Positions 1 through 12,000 of a stretch of DNA of 64,000 nt are shown in pieces; positions within the stretch are counted from its first letter, which is position 1; every line of letters begins with the position of its first letter. Both the position numbers and the translations under genes were made by a program. Source of the stretch: Ascidiella aspersa (taxonomy: Eukaryota); assembly GCA_963924565.1 (NCBI GenBank), contig OZ004612.1:23002001-23066000 (forward strand), in the 5' to 3' direction. The notes below the pieces were generated by a model that did no database searches, had not been told where the DNA came from, and saw only the letters and a list, made by a program, of their open reading frames with translations.

Positions 1-586
1 GAAATCATTCTTCATTGTGCATTGTTTATCAATGCTCAGGTAGATAGTCTGTTTTTTCAATAGCTCGTCGAAACAATGGCGTTAATCATCGTTGACAGGA
101 AATAACAGCTCAATACAAGCCGACGGTACTGTTGTGGTGTTTTAAAACATGCAATGTAGCTGTTTAGTCCTGAATAATTAATTTAAATCATGGTATATAG
201 TATAAGGTATAAATATTTATTATGTACAAAGGCGTCGCATATAGATCTAAAACAAATTCGGGTAAAAATGGTAAATAATCTGAAGATAACATAGTGATCA
301 AGCCTAAAGGATAATATGTGCCCGAACAGCCAAGGGCACGATATACTAAAATACCACTTTGTATTTAAAAAAAGCATACCATTTTTACAAAAAACATCAA
401 GCTACGGCGCTAGTAGTTCGAAAGCTTCGTGTTAAATTTAAACAAACTACAATTTCGCGGCGTTTTCACAATAAAGGACAATGGACATATAATATACAGG
501 GAACCTTATAATCTAGGATCTTGCCTGGGTTACCCGTCTGTTATAATGACACCGATAAGTTAGATTTTCATTCCTTACACTTATAT

Positions 587-1844
587 CAGCGGTTTCCAAC
601 CTTTTTTGCTGCTCGTACCCCAGGTTGGAAAGTTTGGCCTGGATTTATCCCCCGCGCAGCAGCACTTTCAGCCGCGGTCACAGCCGCGCATTTTATAGAA
701 TATGTGTTCAGCCGCGCAAATCTGACTCGAGCAAACGCGCAAAACTTCAGCCGCGCAAACTTCTGTATGAAACTTAACAAGCACAAAAAAATTGGCGGGC
801 CGCATACTGAAGTTGCATAACATTTTTTTACGCTAGTTTACAAGACGTATGTAATATAATGCATCAAATAGAATCACTTACGAAACGCTAAAAACGCACA
901 GTTCGGCGATTTGGTCACGCATCAGTGGACAACGGTCACGTGTTTAGTGACGTCAAATTAGGCAATTTCGAGTAATATTGCATATTAAATGCTATACTAT
1001 CCAACTTTTTTAATATTTACCTGCGCACTGCGCCCGCACACCAACCGAAAATTGCGCAGTGATTCAAGTATTCTATGAACGCTGTAAGTTTAATATAAAT
1101 TCGCAATTTACAACTTTCGGTAGCCTGATGGTTTATTTTCAGCCGCGCAAGTTCAAGTCGAAATTTTATTTTCAGCCGCGAATTTTTTCAGCTGCAAAAC
1201 ATCTCCCCCGCGCAATATCCAAAGTTTCCAATCTGGCTCGTACCCCTTTGTCAGGTCAAAGCGTTCTTCGTAGCCCCAACAAATTCTGATGGGATTTTGC
1301 AGATACATATTGCTAAATTGCATTTATTTTATATCTCATCTAATTAAGCTTTACACCGGTATTTCGCAAAAATCGCTAAACAGAATTAGACCTCAATTAT
1401 TTTGTTTGCCACATCTCAGTGAGATGTTTGTTGCTGTTTCATTGATAAAATTTGCTCAAACGATGGTTTGCTTTTACCCAAGGAAAATTAGGATATCATA
1501 GTTGAGGTTTTTCCTGTCTATACTTGTTTCGTAAATTGCTTGGTCAATACCGTACCTCAGGAGGCGCATCCGATTCCTGTGCCTCAAATACTGTATTTTA
1601 CATTCTAGTTCTAGAGGTGGATAGTAGACCGTTTGTAACAGATTTACAGGAAAACTACATTGAATGCCCCCTTTATCTGTGCATTTTCTTCCAAACTTTG
1701 AGCTTGGTTGTTTATTGCTGGTAGCAATAAATGCATAATTAGTTCTCAATATCTTAAAATCGGACGGCGTAGTTAAAAAAACAATTGTTGTTTGACAATG
1801 AGGTACCCCCAGGGGGTACGAGTACCCCCGGTTGGAAACCCCTA
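587..1844. mobile_element. Non-autonomous hAT-type DNA transposon (MITE)
   Basis: TIRs CAGCGGTTTCCAACC ... GGTTGGAAACCCCTA; perfect 8-bp TSD ACTTATAT (579-586 / 1845-1852); internal AGCCGCGCA repeats; no transposase ORF. Confidence 0.85.
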
Positions 1845-3828
1845 ACTTATATCGTTGTTCACGGACTAAGATAATTTTGTGCGAACTATAGCGACAAACG
1901 TATTATACAGCTTTCTATTTGTCTACAAATAAACTCTAAGTTACGTGCAATGACAGAAGTCGGAATTAACTCAAACATTCCAGGCTATTAGCGTTCATTA
2001 CTATATACACCTGTGGTTCCCAACGTTTTTGAGCCTACGACACTCTATTGTTATATAGTTCGCGGCACCTTGGTAACCTTTTTGCTAAATAGTGTACTAT
2101 AATGGCCCATTAAACCTAATGAAACAACACACTCATCTGTGGAATTTTTTTAATTCCAACCAACCAAACACAAAACAAATTGTATGAAAGAAGCTTAACA
2201 ATGAAAAGACCAATAAGTGACAATACGAACGTCAGAAGAAACCGGCAACCTATAGGGTGGATTTCATGGCACAGCTGCTTTATACAGGTGGTTAATCTCG
2301 TACATAAAAAGATGTGCGTTACATGGCCTTGATTGGACTACAATGCTGACTAAACTATAACGGTTCTGATTATGCCAACCTACAGTATTATACCCATATA
2401 TATGGCTACGTTGTATTTCCTACAACTAGCCTAAATAGACAAACACATCGCTCGAAAATGTAGGGAGAGGCCATACCTGTTATATGTTATAGAGCAGGGT
2501 GGTCCAAACCCAGGCCATTGTGCGTGGCCCGCGAAGCACTGTTCAATTATTGCAATGCGTACCGTTGAGGGTTTATTCAAAGAAAGCTTAACCAACGAAC
2601 AGTAAGCATACTGCAATTGTTTGGTTATGATTACTTTTTCCGGGTATACCATGTAAAAAACAGTTTCCTATCGCTCACCAAATTTGGATCAAGGGTGTTG
2701 CAAGAACGCTTAATTTTTGGTATGTGTTAGACCGGTTTGAGAGAAGCCGCAGTGCGTCCTATGGAACTTTCTAAAGTAAGGTTTTGCGAACTTATAAGTT
2801 ATATTTGCGTTTAAAAGTAAATGTACGATACAATATATCGCGCTGCTCGAAAGTATTGTTTTACTGATTTCTACTGTGACTTTAGGCTAAACGCCCTGAC
2901 CCTTTCCAAGATGCAATTTAAACCAAATCGAAGTGATTAATGAAACTTTTTTGCGCAAAACGATAACGTCTGTGTAATTTAGCGATTGTGTAGTTTTACG
3001 CAAAACATTTTACGCTTATAAAATGCAGTCTTTTAAATTAATTTTTTTGTTAAATACGTAAATTTTTCGCGACTCGGCAAAAAAATAGCATAACCTTAAA
3101 TGTTACAAAACTAGCAATAAGACAACATATCACCTTTCATATTATCAGTACGCCAAGCGAAATTAGTCGAACGCAAAGTTTTTAAGAATATATTTTTAAT
3201 TTCGACACTTGACCATTGGCAGATAATTGTGTTAAATTGTTTTTATGTGTAAAATGTGTCGTAAGCTGTTGTAATTTTAAGGTAATTGCACGTATTTAAA
3301 CATAAAATGTGGATAAATTCTACACACAATATGAATTTGATCTATCCTAAACCAATCTCATATAATAACGATACACAAAACGTCGGGGCTTCTGAACTTC
3401 GTTATACAACAAACAATCATGTTTTGTTTAACTTATTAAATAAACCGTAGGCCCATCGAACACGGATAAGGTTGGACTGGGTCGTTGACCGCTTTTTACA
3501 TTCTTCGTTGTAAAAGATGTTAAGTTATACTATAAGCAGATCAGAAAAGAGAGCTTTTAACTTTACAAACAACAACACAAGTGGTGCTTATTATACTACA
3601 CAAACATCCAATCATCACCCTGGTGTCACGATTATTTTATCATACACAAACAATCAGCGAAAAAAAGATTTAAAGTAAAGAAAGATTGAGAGTTTGACAA
3701 ACGCGCAGCTCTGAAAACACGATGAACTTAGTTGTTAGATACATGTGGGCTCAAGGGCGTATTGCAGGGGACATCTAGCCTTGTACTTGGGGGTGTCGAA
3801 AAAAGGTTGAAAACAATACTGTATAGTC

Positions 3829-5093
3829 CAGTGGTTCTCAAAGTGAGCCACTTGGCTCCCTTAGGGAGGAAATTTGGTCCCGGGAGAAATTAGGGAGGAA
3901 AAATGGATAATAAAAATAACTTACTTAATCGGTTAAATGAAATAAAACCTTATTTAACTGTAACGATTGGTGTTGAAAAAAGTCTATCAGACACATAATC
4001 TAAGTCCATTGTCTATTCACAGTTACATATTAGTCTATTGTTTCTTTCCTGTTACATGTTAGTCTATATTGTTTTTTCACAGTAACAGCCATTAACGAAA
4101 TATACACCCGTTGCAGGCATTTGACATAGGTATTAAATCAATACGCTATAGCAGCGATTCTTAACCGGTGCGCCATGGAAGGCTGCCAGGTGCGCCACGA
4201 GCAAAAGAAAAAAATAATTTAATATATAAAACATGTATTTATCCTTTTCTATTAGGCTTAGCTCATTGATTCCAAAGTACTTTCAAGTAGAAAACACAAA
4301 AATGATAACAAAGCAAGTCAGGATTTCCATAATACCATATTACTAAGACCACCGACATAATAACGCCAAATTCGCATCAATATAACCACGACAGAATAAG
4401 ATCTAAAATAGTCTAGAAAAGACCTAAACATATCGAATTAAGCTTCGAATTAATCGGAATAAGACAAAATTACGCCCAAGACTGTAGCGAAAGGGTATGG
4501 GATGATTGGGGACACCTGTTTGGCATTGGCCGTTTGCTGTCGACATTTGGGCGCCGCTGTTATGGCCCCGGATTTTTTGGCCCCGGATTTTTTGCCTCTG
4601 TTTGGGCTTATAGGCGGTAGTTGGTGGTGTTAGCAATTGGGCTAGGGTGAAAAATATTCGGGGAGTTGGTATTAGTTATGGATGATGTTTGGGCTAGGCT
4701 GGATGAAAGGTTGTATTGGTTTTATTTTGGCCATTTAGGTCTTCCGATTTCGTCATATTCCTAACTGTTTTTTATTCCGATTTGGTCTCAAAGGCTTGGG
4801 GTCTCTTTAAAGATATGCAACTATAAAACCCATGTAATAAAAAAATGCAAGCACAGGGACACCTCAAAAATTTCGCGCCGCAAAGTTTTAGAATATCTCT
4901 AGGTGCGCCCCCGAAGAAAAAAGGGTTAAGAAACACTGCGCTATAGATACGTTCAAACAAACCGAACTTTCAAACTGTTAGCGCATCACGTAATGAATAA
5001 AAAATATAGAATACCTTGAGATTTTTCTGGGGAGGAATTAATAGTATTTGGGCTTGTAAGGGAGGAATTCAAAAAAAACTTTGAGAACCACTG
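3829..5093. mobile_element. hAT-type MITE hosting a nested MITE
   Basis: TIRs CAGTGGTTCTCAAAGT ... ACTTTGAGAACCACTG; perfect 8-bp TSD GTATAGTC (3821-3828 / 5094-5101). Confidence 0.9.
4152..4938. mobile_element. hAT-type MITE nested in 3829-5093
   Basis: TIRs CAGCGATTCTTAACC ... GGTTAAGAAACACTG; perfect TSD CGCTATAG (4144-4151 / 4939-4946); the 5' part is the same family as the copy starting at 56956. Confidence 0.85.
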
Positions 5094-5410
5094 GTATAGT
5101 CTGTTCAATTAAATTATTTAGACAAATATCGTGTTAAATACGGTGAAGTTTGAGTTTCACCGTATAACACAAACATCGCTAGTCAACAAAATACAAAACT
5201 TTAAAAACAAAAATTGAATGTTGTTATCCGACATTTGTATATACATAAAAGTATATCTTATAGTTTAGCCGTTATTGACAAAGGTTTTTTACGTATAGTT
5301 TTACTAAAGAGATAAACAGTTATGTCGTTTCCGAATAATCTGGACGCTAAAGAGCTGAAATTTAAAGCGTTCGACCCAAAACAGTCTGCAACTGATTTAT
5401 TGCTCTAAAA

Positions 5411-7395
5411 CAGTGGTTCTTAACCTTTTTGCATCCTTACCGACCTTTGGTAATTTTCCTATGCCTTGCGCTCTCCTACGAAAAGCAATTCGGCATTTTC
5501 AATTCAATATCACTGAGACAACTTGAAATAGTGAAGGTGGTTGTCGGTTGCGCGAAAAAAATAAGTCTAATTGGTTTAATTGGCGATAAATTGTAAATTC
5601 AGAAGGCTTTTCGCATTGGGCATACAACAAATTGCTGGGCTAGACACATTGGTTTTATCGAGCTGATTGTGACAAACGTGTTGTGAAGGTATTTACTCCA
5701 CAGTTGCAAGGCTGCGATGTCAAGCGCAAATAAAACTGTTAAGCGCTAAAATTCAACATAGCATTATCGTGTTTCAAAAGATGTGACGACACATAATACA
5801 ACGGAATTTTGCAAAAAACTTTATTGATTTGCGCAAAAAAAGTTTGAGTCCTCCTGTTGTTAGCCTGTTATCATAGCCTATATAAAATTTGGATAAAAAA
5901 TCGTTCGAACGGGGAATGACTTTTATCATTTATCTATAAGTTAGCGAAATTGTAATTGAAAGGGGGCGTTATACCTTCTATGATATGTAAACAAGCAGTG
6001 GCTGGCAAAGATAGTTTTGGCTAAAAAGTATGGTCAACAAAAATAGAAAACACAAGATTAAGTTTTCTGCAGTTTCAATGTTAAAGCTGGCAAAAACAGA
6101 GTTTGTACAGCGCTGTAAGAATTACGAAACCATTAGAATCATTGCAAAAAAATAAATATTACCTTAAAGCTCACGCCCCCCTAAGAATTCTTGCTTTAAA
6201 AGATTAGGTTGAGCCAAACTTTATTTTATTCAAGCAAGGGAGTTTTTCAAGTTAGGTCAGGGATTCCCAATCTTTTTACGATTTCGTACCACTTGGACGC
6301 TCTGTACTGCCACGCGTACCACTTCTTTTAAAACAGTGGTTCTTAACCTTTTTTCTACCGTGCCCTTCCTTTGGTAATTGTCCTGTGTCTTGTGCCCCCT
6401 TAGATATTAAACAAAAAAACTAAATTTTTTTTGAATACATATCAATCCGACAGCATAAGAAATAGAAAATTTACCTCCTCGCGGCGCGAAGCGCGAAAAA
6501 ATTTGCGTTTTTGTGGTATGTATTGGATGCACCTTAATTTGGGAGACACACTTGCTCTTGCTCAATATATTGGTTTACATCGAGCTGATTTTGACAAACA
6601 TGTTGTAAAAAATTAAAACATTGAGGTAATCGTGTTTTAACAAGTGTGACTGATGACACACAATGCCAAGGCTATTTACTGCAAAAAACATTAAAATTTG
6701 GCGCAAAAAAGTCTGAGTTCCCCCCAATATTGATAAAAAATTGTTTTCGTAGTTTTGTTGTCAAAATTGACAAAACACAGTTTGTGGAAAGGGTGGCATT
6801 GTGCACAAATTATAGATCTTCTTCAACCATATCATACTGTTGTGACTAAATAAGTAGCACACATTGTCCCGAAATTCGACAAACTATATTAAAACATAAG
6901 TAGCCTCAAAGTTCGCAAATCTAAAAATTATTAATCATTTTTCTTTAATTTCTGTTCTAAACATGTGAAATTTCGATGTTATGCATAGGGCGGCATATAA
7001 GCAGATTTAATAACTAACGCAACATGGAACTGATAAAATCATTATCAAAAGGAAAATATTGGAAGGTAGACCTTGAGCCCACCTAAGAATTGCTTGGCGC
7101 CCCTATGGCCCACTGTCCAACAGCGTTGTACGGCATTTAAAGCAACTGTGCTCCTTGTTGACAATTGACATGACCTGTATTTTTAAGATCGTAATGGTAC
7201 GAAACAACAGGGATCGTTACGTAACAATGAATAGGCTTTAGAAATTTTTTTTGTAAAAAAAAACGATAAACAAAATGTAAAGTTGTTAAATGTGAATCCA
7301 GGTTTTTGTGAAAAAAAACGGAAGCTACTCGCTTACCACCTGAAAAACCTTCGCGTACCACTAGTAGTACGCGGACCACAGGTTGTTAACCCCTG
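5411..7395. mobile_element. Cluster of truncated and nested hAT-type MITEs
   Basis: Two related left ends CAGTGGTTCTTAACC (5411, 6334) with similar downstream sequence; a second family CAGGGATTCCCAA (6258) ... GTTAACCCCTG (7395) with an imperfect TSD. Confidence 0.6.
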
Positions 7396-7689
7396 GGTTG
7401 GGTAAATCGTTTAAGAGCCACTGCTCGGTTGAAATGATCTAGATATCACTGTCACAACTGTGTCTAAATCTTAGCATCAAAATTTCTCTAACACTTGAAA
7501 ATCTACAGACTTAACAATTCATTTAATTACGTTAAGGTTTAATTTTATCTTGGTGGTTAAATTGTGAACACCCGGGAAGATTTGTTTTTTTTTTTCAATC
7601 TGAAAGATAAACGTGTTCAATTATAAAGAAATTCGAAGTAAAATTTAATTACAGTGTAAGTTTACGATGTATAAGCGAGTAGACACATG

Positions 7690-8280
7690 GTATGTTGTGT
7701 TTCCTTTTGTTTAACAATAACTGATGATGAGATTTTGTTATGCATGCAAAGAGGGGTCCATCAAGTGGAAAAGCAGGGGAGCGACTGTTTTAAAGTCGCC
7801 TGCAAGCCAAAACCTTACGATGTCGGGAGTGGAATTTTCAGCGGCAACGCTTTCCGGCTGCGCACATAACGCGTGCCGCGATCCTGACGTGAATGTGCCG
7901 CGCAGTTTCCGCAAGCTAACAAGGGAGCCCATTCAGGGATTCGCGAGAAGTCGACGCGCCCGTCGATACCAAGAAGCCAGCAGGCGAGGCGGAAGAAAGA
8001 CGACGAGAAGCGCCGGAAAATGATGTGGCGTTCGAGCTCTATAAATCTGGATGCACCCATCTATTAGACTTCACACCTAGGGCCCCAGGCAAGACCGACG
8101 GGGCGTTATCAGTGTAGGATAAACGGATTGCGTTGGCTGCTGAAGTGCGTTGCCTGTCGTGTCTGTTGGAGGCATGGCCGCCGCGCTAAGGGTTTCTGTG
8201 ATGCGGCTTTTGTTGCAGTGCAATACAGCCACCCTCTCTTCGTGGCTTGTGCGTTTCAGTTCGAACAAAACTAGAAATGT
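7690..8280 (+). promoter_or_regulatory. GC-rich candidate promoter/enhancer of the ZP gene
   Basis: CpG-rich island in AT-rich DNA about 1 kb upstream of ATG 9046; TATAAAT at 8040-8046; T-box half-site TTCACACCTAGG from 8070. Confidence 0.45.
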
Positions 8281-9045
8281 CCCTTCGTGGTTAAACTGCG
8301 AAGCGCAGATTATTTAAGCGAAATTTCATTGAAATTAGAAGATTTTTAAATGTTGCATTAACTTTCTCGTAATCAAGCGGACAACGACGACTTAAAAATC
8401 AGAGTTTTATAAATTACTTCTTAAAATCACTAAAAGTAATAGTTTGAAAGAACAATATTTTAAACGGTTGAACATTGTAAATAAAATGTTATTAAAAACG
8501 TTTCGGTACTATTCATGTTGCATTGTACAATCAAAAGCCTTTTAGTAAAATGTTCTATCGCAAAAGTCGGGTAGAAATTTTCATTTAGCGTATAGCGCTT
8601 TAATAGCTTTTTACTCCATGCGATGTCGGAGGCCGATTCCGACCTGCTCTTAGGCATATTACAGTATCTTCTATTAAACATAAGGATTAATAAACAACTT
8701 TACGGCTGTGTTCGATTTTCGAAAATGGACGGCTTTCTGCTACTAGATTTAGTACAGAAAGCGTTTTGTTGGGGTCTTACATCTGAGATGGGTTGAAGAT
8801 TGATATTTTATTTAAATCGGTCTACAAAGAAATATTACGATGATCAACATTATTTTTAATAACATATAATTAAATATCCTTTTTTAATTAACTTAGATAT
8901 GGTGATCGCAACGAATCCAGAAAAAAAAAAAGTTATGCCTCGAGTTAACCTAATGATTTTGCCGTATTAGTAGACGTGTGTTCTAGAATTAGTTGACTTT
9001 ACATAGAAATTGAATTTTAAAAGGTTTGTCAAAGGTTCAATCAAA

Positions 9046-12000
9046 ATGCAGTTCAAGTTCGTAATGATGGTTTTCTCTTGTTTCGCTTTGCGGGATTGCT
9101 CAGCATGTAAGTAATTCAAACGGTTGGTGATATTTGCATGATCGGTGTCGGATAGGTCGATACGATAATTATTCAAAAAATATAGACTTAAGGGTAAAAT
9201 CGTTTTTGTCGCCCTAATGTTTTCCTTTTATATGTTTACTTCCAAATATATTTTCATGGCTCTAAAATTAAGTATTAACTTTATCTATTATGTAGTGATT
9301 ATATGTGTTTTAACGCCCTTGTGTTTTCAGTTTCAAATTTTTTATCTGTTAGTTATGAATATATTTGTATTGCTCTAAAGTTTTATTAGCTATATATCAC
9401 TTGTTTTTATGGTCTTTTTTTGTTTTTATGGTCTTTTTTTGTTTTTATGGTCTTTTTTGTTTTTATGGTCTTTTTTTGTTTTTATGGTCTTTTTGTTTTT
9501 ATGGTCTTTTTTTGTTTTTATGGTCTTTTTGTTTAAAACACAGAGTTGTATGAAGTCGTAAAACACATGCGGTCGTTTATTTTAACTTACGTTCGTGTAT
9601 ATGCTTGAGAAAACACAAGTGTTGGCGGCATTTAGTTGATACAAACTTTTGTTTACTGAAAATTTGCTAAACATTATGTCAACAACGTGCCCCCTGACAG
9701 TGTAAAAGTTTATTAATACACGTGCCTTGATTTAGATTAGAAGGTATGAATATCATATTTTGTCTAGTCTAAAGGGGAATATTTGAAACACGGCATATAT
9801 GCTTGACATATGGAATGGGCACTTTTTATAACCAAATTTACAAAAATTGTCTCAAAAATAGCACGTATGCGCGAAGCTATTTTAAGAATAAACCGCCTAT
9901 TGACGGCCGTGAGAAAGAGTAGAGACAAAAATTGATAACGATTTGTGCACCCCTTGTTACACCACGACCAAAATTACAACAGGTCATAAACGTTGTTGAT
10001 TTATTAACAATTTACATCATCAAGAGTTTATGTAGTAATCTGAAGAAATATATTAAATCTGTTTACTATTTCTTTGTTTTTGAAATTCCAGACATGCTTT
10101 CGTGCGGCACACAAGTCACTCTCACGTAAGTTCAATAAAACTTGCTAATATACTTATTCGTAATCTGGTCAGCTCTAATTCTTTGAGTTTAAATGCAGCG
10201 GTGAAAGTAAGCAGAACGGCTTAGAACGCCGTTTCGGTAAAAAAAAATATTATGTTTATCATACCATTTCCCTTTTACCCATTATCTCCTAAAATGTATT
10301 CAAGTTAAAAATTTGGCCGCATGCTATATCAAAAGATAACCACAACCTCAGGTTTCCTAAAAGCACTCATTTTAAACGTCTCGTTATGACGTAATTTTGT
10401 AACGTCATTCTGAAATTTTCATGAGTTCCGACTTTTCATGCGTTGTGACGTCATTTCTGAATTTTTCATGCGCCTGCTTTCACCCCTGCTTAAATGTGGT
10501 GCGCTCATTTAAACAAAACGGTATTAGCGATAAGTATTCTATGGTTGACATCTGGGAATACATGTAGAACAACAATGTAAGATACTATTCCACACTTGTC
10601 TCTTCAACTTAGGTTAGAGGCTGCCGATCTGACGACACTTCAGCTTGACCCTCCAAACGAAAAACGATTTTCAATTAGTACAACGGAACAAACAACCTAC
10701 TCTTCGACCGACCCCTGCCAAGTCTTCGATCTTGATTCCATAACATTTGACGCAACCCAATGTGGAGCAGTGGTTACAGTAAGATTGGTGTTTAAAGTAC
10801 AATTGTAACGACTTCTGTTTCAATTTTTAATGCGGATAACATTTATGCATAAAAAAGTAGTCAAACTAAAATTAGCGTCATGCAGTATTTCTTGATATTT
10901 CCAGCCGAACAAAATGACCCTATTCGTTCACGTGCGTTTTTTTTTTGTTTTTACATGTAAGTCAGCAGAGCCGCACACACGAAATGTTACCACCTTCCAT
11001 TCCTTTAAAGTTTATTCGCTTTGGCTTGTTTGGGAGTTTCAATTACCTTGTATCAATATTTGAAATGAGTAAATATGAAGTCTGCATAAAAGTATAGCAG
11101 TTGTAATTGAGAAGATTTCACAAAAAAAGATCAACTGTTCTTACTTTATTAACTGCTCCTAACTTGCATTGCTTATTTTAATAGTTCATACCTAATCGAA
11201 GATTCGCCTAATTATAGCTTCGCAGGGGTTCTTAACTTGCTGGACCGCACACCTTCTTAACACAATTAATCCAAACTCTCCCACCCCTATACGACTAATA
11301 GGTTTCAATTTTCAAAGCGATAAGCCTTAAATAGAATGTTTTTGACAGTATCATGCAATAAATACGTTCGCCCACAGTGCTAAAAATGTTTATGTTATGT
11401 ATATAGTATTTTGATAAAAAACTTTTTCGCGGAATGGCCTGCCAAACTTCTCCCTGATAACCATTTACAGTGCGTAGAATAAGTATTCTGCCATATTCAG
11501 GACCCTGGAAACGAACACAAGGAACGACTAATAAGTAAATAAAAAGAGGTAAAACGAGACACTCGTGTTAGAAAACCCTAATAATAAACAAATAAAAACA
11601 AAGTATTTTTTTCAGAGACGCATTCGCGCCCGCTTGCAAAACCTTGACGCCTCCCTAGGGTAGCCTACGCGCCAGCCCTTCTAGTTGAAGAAACCATGCT
11701 ATAAGGAGATGTTTGTTATTTACTACATTTCACGCACAAACATGGTTCCTTTCTTTGATTATTTCTCGGGTAATGCGCCATATGTCGGCCACCCCTGTTA
11801 TCGGTTGAACAAATGAAGGCAAAAAGCGCCAATAAAAGCCGATATGCATTACGCATTTGCCTGCTTTCGCCACTTCACCATTTTGTGCACAGCTTCTAAA
11901 AAAGTTGTATTTGACACAACATCGTTTCGTTACAGCGCGATTCCACACATCAGATCTTCACTTACAAGCTGTTTAAATTAGTTTTGGACACCGACTTTAC

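Noticed and set aside
100-147. Possible terminal exon (ACAG|GAAATAAC...GTGGTGTTTTAA) of an upstream gene
   Set aside because: Only 15 codons with no recognisable homology and no upstream exon in the window
392-433. Hairpin followed by CGAAAGCTT resembling a minimal hammerhead 3' half
   Set aside because: No recognisable CUGANGA core or stem I; too degenerate to call
7687-8268. Overlapping 60-99-aa ORFs in the GC-rich island
   Set aside because: Expected from stop-codon scarcity in GC-rich DNA; no domain similarity or splice structure
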